Shown here: one piece after another, positions 33,430 to 43,127 of the stretch | Position numbering within the stretch: position 1 is the stretch's first letter | How the letters are laid out: each line of letters opens with the position of its first letter | Origin: Chrysemys picta bellii | Lineage: Eukaryota | Direction: 5' to 3' | Length of the DNA stretch: 62,818 bases | Assembly: GCF_011386835.1 (NCBI RefSeq) | Contig: NC_088807.1 | Coordinates: forward strand, 23,064,001-23,126,818 | Made by a program: the position numbers and the translations under genes | Notes under the pieces: generated by a model | The model's database searches: none | Seen by the model: only the letters and a program-made list of their open reading frames with translations | Told to the model about the DNA's origin: nothing

Positions 33430-36400
33430 ACCATCCCCCAAGGAGACTCGGCCACCCCTGAACCTGACCACTGGCCGACCGCCTGCCAAGAGGGACATCG
33501 AGCCTCTGACCCAAATGCCGAGCCCGGGACACTACCCAGGACAGATCCAAGGTTTGGGGGGTGGGGTGGAACGTCCCCTCCCTGTGGGGCTTTAGTGGGG
33601 TGGTAGTTGGGGGTCGCTGCCCCAATGCCCCCTCCCTGTTGTGCTTATGTCAATGGGGGATGCTATATAGAGGAGCGAATAAACCAGCCCCTGCGCCCCA
33701 CCCCAGAGGGGCTGCATCGCAGGGCCGGGCGAGGGCTCCCGGTATAATGCAGGCGTCCTGGTGCCCAGCCCCCCCCCGGCTCTATCCAGACCCCCCCAGG
33801 CTGGGGGAGGGGGAGAGGGCTGTGGATACAGGATGTGGGTCCCTCCCCCTTTCCAGAGCTGAGGCCCCAGGGAGCCGCCCAGGTGTAGAGGCAGCAGGTG
33901 AGACCAGGGAAGGACGCAGGTGGCAGGGCCAACTGGCAGCCAAAGGACGGTGAGAGAGATTTAGCCAATCCCCCACGCACTAGACCCCACTCCCTCCCAG
34001 AGCCGGGGAGAGAACCCAGGAGTCCTGGTTCCCAGCCCTCCCTGATCTAATCACTAGCCCCCACTCCCCTTCCAGAGCTGGGGAGAGAACCCAGGAGTCC
34101 TGGCTCCCTGCCCCCCTTGCTCTGACCCCTGCGCCCCACTCCTCTCACTCCCTCATCCACACACACCAGTTCCTTTTCCCCCTGCCGCTGCCTCCCTGTT
34201 ACCAGTTGGTGCTGGATGGGGATGGGGCGGGAGGGACCAATTCCCCCCCACACCCATTTGTGGCTCTGTTGAATCCACAGGAGATCAAAGTCCAGGAGGG
34301 TGCCTGAAATTGGGAGCAGCAGCCAGGGGGCGTCCCGGAGCCCCGGCCCCACACCATGGACATTCTGGAGACAGACGCCCGCTACCCCCAGAAGTTTGCA
34401 GCTGATGTAAGGAGGGGGAAACTGAGGCATGAAGTGGGGCCAAGTGAGGGGTAGACCCTTGGTGTCCTAGCACCCAGTTCACTTCTCCCACCCTGCTCTG
34501 AGCCACTAGACTCCACTCCTCTCCCAGAGCTGGGGATAGAACCCAGGAGTCCTGGCTCCCAGCCCCGCTCTCACCCACTCAACCCCAGTGTCCTCCGTAT
34601 AAAACAGTGCAGAACAGAGCTTGTTAGCACAGAAATCAATGACTTTCAGCCAAGTCCATCTTGTGGGGAGGGGAGTCCAGAACCAGGGCTCTGGTCCTCC
34701 TCTTGTGCCCCAAACCAGCCGAGACTGACTCGCTTCCAGCTGCCTGGCCCCTGTCCTGCCCGTTGCTCCTCCTCCGGCCTTCATCTCGCTTTCCAGGCCA
34801 GAGTCACCTGGGTCTCAGGCCATAGCAATCCCGCAGGCAGCGGGAGCAACCCCCACAAAGGTCACCCACCCTAATTCCCACCCTCTAGACATTGGTGCAA
34901 CGCACAGGGGGACGGGGGCCCACGCAGCTTTCATGCAAAACAGTAAGACACACATGGGCTCACATACAACCTAACAAGGGAGAGTCCCCACTTCGTCACA
35001 TAACTTCACCCAGATAATACCATGGCTCCATAAAAGGTGATATTTGCCTCTTTGTTTTGCCATTGGCTATCACATTCATGCTGCCTCACTCATTCCGTAC
35101 ATTAATTGAGCACATATTCATAAGCATGAATACAAGAGACGATATAGAGCAATGCAGCTTTAAGCAAGCATCCAACATCATTGGGGACTTTTCCCTGCTT
35201 GTGGTTTTGCATTGGCATAACAGGAAACCGCACTCAAAATAGCAAACGGGCGGGGGGCACAACCAGCTACATCCACCACCATCCCTGGCCCATGACCAAG
35301 GAGACTCAGCCACCCCTGAGCCTCACCCAGGAGGCGCTCCTGCTGGCCGACCGCCTGCCAAGCGGGATGCGGAGCCTCTGACCCAAACGCCGAGCCCGGG
35401 ACGCTACCCAGGACAGATCCAAGGTTTGGGGCGTGGGGTGGAACATCCCATCCCTGTGAGGCTTTGACGGGTTGGTAGTTGGGGGTCGCTGCCCCATTGC
35501 CCCCACCCCAGTTGTGTTTATGTCAATCGGGGATGGTATATAGAGGGGTGAATAAACCAGCCCCTGTGCCCCACCCCAGAGGGTCTGTATCGCAGGGCCA
35601 GGCGAGGGCTCCCGGTATAATGCAGGCATCCTGGCGCCCAGCCCCCCGCTGGCTCTATCCAGACCCCTCCAGGCACTGCTCTTCCTGGCTGAGTGGGGGA
35701 GACGGCTGTGGATACAGGATGTGGGTCCCTCCCCCTTTCCGGAGCCAAGGCCCCAGGGAGCCACCCAGGTGTAGAAGCAGTAGGTGAGACCAGGGAAGGA
35801 CGCAGGTGGCAGAGCCAGCTGGCAGCCAGAGGATGGTGAGCCAATCCCCCTGCCCCCCGCCTCTACCCACTAGACACTACTCCCTCCCAGAGCCGGGGAG
35901 AAAATCCAGGAGTCCTGGCTCCCAGCCCCCCCGCTCTGACCCCTGTGCCCCACTCCTCTCACTCCCTCATCCACACACACCAGTTCCTCTTCCCCCTGCC
36001 GCTGCCTCCCTGTTACCACTTGGTGCTGGGTGGGGATGGGGCGGGAGGGACCAATTCCCCCCCACACCCATTTGTGACTCTGTTGAATCCACAGGAGATC
36101 AAAGTCCAGGAGGGTGCCTGAAATTGGGAGCAGCAGCCAGGGGGCGTCCCGGAGCCCCGGCCCCACACCATGGACATTCTGGAGACAGACGTCCACTACC
36201 TCCAGAAGTTTGCAGCTGATGTAAGGAGGGGGAAACTGAGGCATGAAGTGGGGCCAAGTGGGGGGGTAGACCCTTGGTGTCCTGGCACCCAGTTCCCTTC
36301 CCCCACCCTGCTCTGAGCCACTAGACTCCACTCCGCTCTCAGAGCCGGGGATAGAACCCAGGAATCCTGGCTCCCAGCCGCCCCGCCCCGCCCTGCCCCC

Positions 36401-36430
36401 CCTCTAACCCACTCAACGCCAGTAACCTCC
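33430..36430 (+). repeat. Tandem duplication (~1.15-kb blocks ~33430-34590 and ~35290-36430), each containing a TMEM86B first exon
   Basis: Shared caaggagactc(g/a)gccacccctga...caggacagatccaaggtttgggg...ccccacaccATGgacattctggagacagac...gctgat|gtaagg. Confidence 0.9.
34356..34406 (+). CDS. TMEM86B: Extra TMEM86B first coding exon (MDILETDARYPQKFAAD); alternative or orphan
   Basis: 51 nt with an intact caccATGG and GTAAGG donor; phase 0 is compatible with exon 2 at 37854. Confidence 0.6.
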
Positions 36431-39400
36431 ATGTGTCGTTGTGCTGCTGTTACGGCTTCTGGGACTGTGAGCCAGTAAAGCTGGTCCATCGAGGCGGGAT
36501 TTCCCTGCAGCCATTTCTGCATCAATTCTGCACCATTTCCCATAGCCCGCCTGAGCTGGGGGCGCTGCTGGGCCCAGAGGGGAAGGGAAGCAGGGCTGAT
36601 AGCAGGATCAGCGTGGATAGCCCTGATCGCAGTGAAGGCGTGGGTGATCTTGAAGGCACAATATCAGTAGGTTTCAGAGTTAACACTCTGTTGATGTGAA
36701 TGGGACAAGGTTACAGCAGTAGGTTTCAGAGTTAACACTGCTATTTTAGCATTAACGGGGCAGTCCTTCACCCTTTGGAGGAGCAGCCTTAATGGGCTCT
36801 TCCTGCTACAACTCTTGGTGGTGAAATAGTTAAAAAGTTGTTGGTGCCATCAATAGGTGTCAGACTGAATGTCCCCTTGGGATGAGTGGGCAAGGTCCCA
36901 GTTTTTACTTTGGTTGAGTGGATGTTTCAGGGTTGGTGTGGTGCCCGGGTTCAACTGGAAATTCCTGGGGAAAGTCTAGCTCGGATATGGAGATGGAAAG
37001 TTGTGGTTGAAGTGATGCTGTCAGTAGCTTTCAGAGTTAACACACAGCAACAGAGACGAGACGCTGGATCAGGAACGGGGCCGGGGATAGAGCAGGTGAA
37101 GCAGGACATTGCTGTGATTGCTCTGGTATCTGAATTACCAAGGAAAATGCGTTACATCATGGCAAAATGTTTCAGAGTTAACACTTCATTGAAGGGGTTA
37201 CTTCCCAACCCCACAAGGATGAGAGTCAGTGAGGTGAGCTGAGTAGATTTAGCTGGGGTATCTTGGTGGTGAAATAGTTAATAAGGTTGATCTCATTTGG
37301 GTTACCAGTAGGTTCCAGAGTTCACAAAACATAGTGATGAAAGGGAGTCAGTTCTCGCTTCCACCGGGCCACGGTGCAGCCTGAGATAAGTAGATTTAGC
37401 TGGGTGCTCCTGATAAGCCTCTTGTTAGTGGAATAGTCAACAAGGCTCATACACAGTGGGTTATCATTGGGTTTCAGAGTTAACATCTTGTTATCACCAT
37501 TAATAACATTCAGTGGGCTGTCAGTAGTTTTCAGAGTTAACATGGTGAAATAACTAACAGGACCATTAGTTAAAACAGGTTATTGTGAGGTTTTGGCATT
37601 AACATTGCAAAATAACTGACAAAACCATGTTAACTCTGAAAGCTAATGATATCACACTGTCAACTAGTGGATATCAGTAGGGTTCAGAGTGAACGCGGTG
37701 AATTAGCCAGAATGTTCATTATAGACTGGCGTAGCGATAGGTGTCAGAGTTAATGTGATGACAATTAACAGGGATAGTCTCCATGCCGGGAGTGCCGTGC
37801 TCTCCCTAGTGTAGACAGGCAGTGGCCGTGTCCATTTCCACCCCACCCTGCAGGCCAAGAGCCGCCTCCTCAAGCTGCTGCCGTTCCTGGCCGCCTGCGG
37901 CCTGTACTTCGCCCTGTGGCTGCCTGAGCCCAGCTGGGTCAGCGCCGGCGTCAAGAGCCTCCCGGTCCTGAGCCTGGTCTTCTTCCTGACGGCCCAGGCC
38001 TGGGGTGACGGCGCCTGGACCCCGGCCGCCCGCCGGGTCTGCTGGGGGCTGATGTTCTCCAGCCTGGGAGATGCCTGCCTGGTTTGGCCGCACCTATTCC
38101 TCCCAGGTATTTGGCTGGAAGTGAGGGGCACCAGCAGAGCCCATGGTGGGGAGCCCAGGGCTGGGCAAGAGGGGGCTGCAGGTCAGGAGTGAGGGGCACC
38201 GGCAGAGCTGGGGGGTGGAGGGATGTTAGGAATAATTCAAAAAGGGGATAGAGAATAAGACAGAGAATATCTTATTGCCCTTATATAAATCGATGGTACG
38301 CCCACATCTTGAATAGTGCGTACAGATGTGGTCTCCTCATCTCCAAAAAGATACACTGGCATTAGAAAAGGTTCAGAGAAGGGCAATTAAAATGATTAGG
38401 GGTTTGGAACGGGGCCCGTATGAGGAGAGATTAAAGAGGCTAGGAGTTTTCAGCTTGGAAAAGAGGAGACTAAGGGGGGATATGATAGAGGTCTATAAAA
38501 TCATGAGTGATGTGGAGAAAGTGAATAGGGAAAAGTTATTTACTTGTTCCCATAATATAAGAACTAGGGCCACCAAATGAAATTAATAGGCAGCAGGTTT
38601 AAAACAAATAAAAGGAAGTTCTTCTTCACACAGCGCACAGTTAACCTGTGGAACTCCTTGCCGGAGGAGGTTGTGAAGGCTAGGATTATAACAGGGTTTA
38701 AAAGAGAACTGGATAAATTCATGGAGGTTAAGTCTATTAAGGGCTATTAGCCAGGCTGGGTAAGGAATGGTGTCCCTAGCCTCTATTTGTCAGAGGGTGG
38801 AGATGGATGGCAGGAGAGAGATCACTTGATCATTGCCTGTTAGGTTCACTCCCTCTGGGGCACATGGCATTGGCCACTATCGGCAAACAGGATACTGGGC
38901 TAGATGGACCTTTGGTCTGACCAGTCTGGCCGTTCTTAGTTCTTATGAGCCCAGGGCTGGGTTAGGTTAGTAGGGGCTGCGGGTCGGGAGTGAGGGGCAC
39001 AGGTCGGGGGGGGCGAGGGGAGGAGGGAGCCCAGGGAGGGGGCTGCGGGTCGGGAGTGAGGAGCACAGGTGGGGGAGGGGAGGAGGGAGCCCAGGGCTGG
39101 GCTAGCAGGGGGCTGCGGGTCAGGAGTGAGGGGCACGGCTCTCTGACACCCCCTCTCCCCCACAGGCATGGTGGCCTTCGCTCTGGCTCACGTCTGCTAC
39201 ATCTGGGCCCTGGGCCTGCGTCCCATCCGCCCCTGGGTCCTGCTGCTGCTGGCGCTGGCCTGGGCGGGGGCCTACGTGACGCTGTGGCCCTGCCTGGGGG
39301 GCCCCTACGTGCCGGCCGTGGGGGGCTACGGGGCGCTGCTGGCGGCCGTGGCCTGGCGGGCCCTGGCCCGGCCTCCCCCACACCTGGCCGTGGCCACCGG

Positions 39401-39560
39401 CTCCCTGCTCTTCATGGCCTCCGACCTGGTCCTGGCCAGGGACCACTTCTGCGCCCCGGTGCCCCAGGCCCGGCTCATCGTCATGGGCACCTACTACGCG
39501 GCCCAGGGGCTGATCGCAGCCTGGGCCCCCCGCGCCAGCCCCCGCTGGAAGGAGAGCTGA
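36170..39560 (+). CDS. TMEM86B: Lysoplasmalogenase, copy B, 3 exons, 232 aa
   Basis: Exons 36170-36220 (MDILETDVHYLQKFAAD), 37854-38106, 39166-39560; open frame, same exon sizes as copy A, few substitutions. Confidence 0.88.
36666..37760 (+). repeat. Same AGTAGGTTTCAGAGTTAAC dispersed motif in TMEM86B copy B intron 1
   Basis: Variants at ~36666, 36718, 37023, 37168, 37307, 37468, 37523, 37676 and 37737; one inverted copy at ~37628. Confidence 0.75.
38222..38947 (+). mobile_element. 5'-truncated CR1 LINE (ORF2 C-terminus plus 3' UTR) in TMEM86B copy B intron 2
   Basis: Encodes WSPHLQKDTLALEKVQRRAIKMIRGLE...RRLRGDMIEVYKIM, typical of the CR1 ORF2 end. It ends ...ggccgttcttagttcttatg, is disrupted by a stop and a frameshift, and is absent from the copy A intron. 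Confidence 0.93.
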
Positions 39561-39572
39561 GCCGGGCGCCCA

Positions 39573-39822
39573 CGACCTCTGACCCCAGGGGCAGCCGGCA
39601 GGTGCACCCGTGACCTCTGACCCCATCAGAGCCAACCTGGTGACCCTGGTGACCTCTGACCCCATCAGCGCCAACCCGCCAGTGACCCCAGCGACCTCTG
39701 ACCCCGGGGCCAACGAGAACCAGCTGCCCTAGGTGTTGGTTCCTTGACGTGTGACCCGAGGGCCTAGGCGCGCCAACCGTCCCAACCAATCACCTGCAAG
39801 TAATTGTCTTGACCTTTGACCC
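39573..39822. promoter_or_regulatory. DR1-type motif cluster after the TMEM86B copy B stop
   Basis: TGACCTcTGACCC at 39611 and ~39650; TGACCTtTGACCC at 39810. Confidence 0.5.
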
Positions 39823-41420
39823 TGCTCATTTGCCAGCAGGCCCAATTACAGCTTATTTGATGACATGCGTTGACTGATGTGGGCCGGGGGGGCAGGGGCG
39901 GGTCCTGGGATAGCAGTGACACAAGAGTGGGGGGATTTTTTGTTGGCCCAACTTGTTGATGGGAAAGTTGACTTTTGTGACCTATGACCTCCCTCTATGG
40001 ACCCTGAGAATGACCCCATCCCCCTAGAGCCAGGAGAGAACCCAGGCGTCCTGGCTCCCAGCCCCCCCTGCTCTGACCACTAGGCACAGGATTGCCGTGT
40101 TTGCTCTGTAAATCTCTGGGCTGGGCCTTCGGGAACAAGCCCAGGGAACGAGCGTGGGGCTGGCCCGGCCCCGCCGGCCGGGCGCGCTGGGGCGAGGAGC
40201 GGGAACCGCAACCAACAAGGGCTTGGGGCCAGACGCAGCCGCGGGCCGCAGAAATTCCTTCCGTCAAAGGGTGGACGAGTCTGCGACGGCCCGGAGACGG
40301 TGCTTTTCTGCAGTGGTCTGGGCTGGCTATCATACCGTTAGGGGGAGCTGTGCTCGGGGCGGGGGGAGCTTTCAGACGTGCCCTGGCCGAATCGCAGCCC
40401 AGAAAGTGGGGACTTCCTCCTGGACTGCCCCATCCTTAAGCCCCTCTGTTTTCAGTGTACCGAGGAAGCACCCGCCCGCCCGCCCCGCACACATATAAGT
40501 CTGCCCCAGTAAACGCTCGACCACTGAAAAGTTTTCACTGGGGAGCAGAGCCGGAGCGAGGACACGTTGTGTTTTGAGTGCTGGTTTAGTTCGGCAGCAA
40601 ACCGCATTGAGGAACAGAATTCAGAGTATTCATCTGCTGGGTGCTTCCCCCGACCCGTCGTTCCGTCCAGCAAAATCAACATGATTCATCTTTTTTGCAT
40701 TGATTTTCACCCGGTTTTGTTGTGCTGGTGATGAACAACACGGATAAATTCCCGGGGGAAATGAAATCAAAGAAACACAGAAAACAAAGGGCCCTACACA
40801 TCCAGCTGTTCCAGGGTGCTGGCTAAGTCCCCGTGCCCCTCCCCAGAGGCAGCCGCATCCCAGCACCAGGGGAGGGGTCCCCATATAACCAGCCCCCTGC
40901 CCCACCCCAGAGGTGAGGCCCTGAGCAAACTTGAGGATGAGGGGGGGCAATGCCTGGCCTGATGGGCAGGGACTAGCTGGCGCAGGGGGCTGGAAATGGG
41001 ACACGGGGCCTCTCCCCTCTAGGGGGTGCCGGCTCCCATCCGGCCCCAGGGCAGGGACTGGCTGGCTCAGGGGGGCAGGGGATGGGGCCCGGGGCCTGTC
41101 CCCTCTAGCAGGCACCAGCTCTGATCTGGCCCCAATCTGCTGTTATCAATAATTATTGATTATTATCCATAGCTGGTTTCTAATCATTGCTAATTGCTTA
41201 GTTCTCCGAATGTTATTAACAGTGACCTGCTAATGATCACTGGTTGCTCCTAACTGTTAATTACTCACATATCCATAATGACTGGTTAAATGTTAGTAAA
41301 GGAAGTATATTAATGATTTGCAGTAGGTGCTAATTAGCCACCGGTCGTTAATCACAATCCCGGATACTGGATTACTAAAGTGCCACCGGGCTAAACGGAC
41401 AAAGAAAGAGAAACCGTGAG

Positions 41421-41557
41421 GGGCAAAAAGGCATCTTTTACAGTGGAAGATAAATCATAGTGAGGAAAATCGAACGGAGCGTGAGCTCTGGCAAAGGAAG
41501 TGTAAAAATGTAACTAGGAAGGCCAAAAAAGATTTTGAAGAACAACTCACCAAAGAC
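41421..41557 (+). mobile_element. Degraded internal CR1 ORF2 fragment
   Basis: caaaaaggcatc...gtggaag...agtgaggaaaat...ctctggcaaa..aagtgtaaaaat..aactaggaaggccaaaaaaga.tttgaagaaca.ct..ccaaagac resembles the recalled CR1 ORF2 segment ending RKAKKEFEEQLAKD. Confidence 0.6.
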
Positions 41558-42560
41558 ATTTTGTAAGTAGATCAGAGGCCGGGACTGGGCTCTTTGGCAA
41601 TCTGGAGAAATTGATTACCTGGTGTGACAAAGGGGAGGGGGGGGAGTTTTCACAATATTTTGGATGAAAATCGTGCGTGCCTCAGTTTCCCCCCCGACAC
41701 ACACCCTCCCGTGCTGCACATTTAACCAGGTGGCGGGAGAGGGTTGTTGACTGTCTGCAGAGTCTCAGTGGCTGCTGCGATGGGCCAGACAGCTGGGGTC
41801 TAGCAACTAACAGCCCGGGATCCATATCCCACCGCCGGCCGAGAGTCACTGACGGCTCAGCTGTGGGGGCATCGCACCCGGGGGATGAGCTTCTCCCCCA
41901 GGGGTCCCATCCAGGGGCACTCGCTGCAGGAGGCTCCTGGTTAAACCTGGGGGGGGGGGGGGGCTGCAGGCTCCCTGGAGGCAGGGAAGCGGAGGTGTGT
42001 TTGTGACCCTAAGGGGGCTGCTGCATGGCAGGGGTCCCCCCCGGGGGGCTGTTCCAGAGCCAGGCGAGAGCACCTGGCCGGTGAAGCTGTGACGTATGGT
42101 ATTAGGTGGGAAGCCGGGGGGGGGAGGGGGGGGATTGCAGGGTTGGGAGTGAGGGGCACCGGCAGGGCTGGGGGGGGCAGGACTGGGCTGGCAGGGGCTG
42201 TGGGGCAGGAGTGAGAGGCACTGGCAGGGCTGTGGGGGTCAGGGCTGGGCTAGCAGGGGCTGTGGGGCGGGAGTGAGGGGCACCAGCAGGGCTGGAGGGA
42301 GCCCAGGGCAGGGTTAGTAGGGGGGCTACGGGTCAAGAGTGAGGGGCATCGGTAGAGTTGGGGGGGACCCCAGGTTTGGGATAGCCCCCCAGTGTCTCCC
42401 AGGGGCATCAGGGTCAGGCCTGACAGCCAGGGGACAGCGCCCCCTGCTGGGCCCCCACCCTGCCCCACCCCCTGTAACTCAGCGCCCCCTGCTGACCCCC
42501 CGCCCCCAACCCTGTTGATTTCCGGCCTCTGATCGATGAGGAAAGTGGGTGAATTCTCCT

Positions 42561-42655
42561 GTTGCCAAGGCAACAAAGTATCAACTTCAAGCGTTGCTAT
42601 GACGCCGGGCAATTTCCCCATCTCGTTCCCATGGCGCCGGCGTTGCCCTGGTGCG
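42561..42655. promoter_or_regulatory. RFX X-box cluster
   Basis: GTTGCCAAGGCAAC (13/14 match to GTTGCCATGGCAAC) at 42561, plus partial boxes gttgctatgacgcc at 42593, gttcccatggcgcc at 42625 and gttgccctggtgcg at 42642. Confidence 0.5.
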
Positions 42656-43127
42656 ACTCACGCCAGATCATCTGGTCTGCTGCGAGTCCAGCTCTGCGAG
42701 GGGATTGGGGTCTAGTGGTTAGAGCTGGGGAGGGGCTGGGAGCCAGGACTCCTGGGTTCTCTCCCTGGCTCTGGGAGGGGTCTGGGGACTAGTGGTTAGA
42801 GCAGGGGGGCTGGGGGCCAGGACTCCTGGGTTCTCTCCCTGTCTCAGGCTGGGGAGTGGGGTCTAGGGGCTTGTTGGAGCTGGGAGCTGGGACGCCTCGC
42901 TTTGCAATGCCTAAGGCCGAAGTTGCCCTTCTCTCCTGCAGGGGGCAGCATCGACCCTTCCCCGGCCCCCCACATGCCCTGCGTTTGTTTATACGCGTCA
43001 CAAAGCCCCGCTCCGCCCCCCCGCCCCCGCACACAGGGCGAAGGGGGAGGGGCGATTCCTCTCCCATCACCCCCGCAGGCATCTATTAGTGTAGAAGGGT
43101 TAAAGCCAGGTACAAACACGTGTGTGT

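Noticed and set aside
25794-37760. CRISPR-like look of the AGTAGGTTTCAGAGTTAAC repeats with unique spacers
   Set aside because: Vertebrate introns, irregular spacing (about 50 to over 1000 bp), degenerate non-palindromic repeat and no cas genes.
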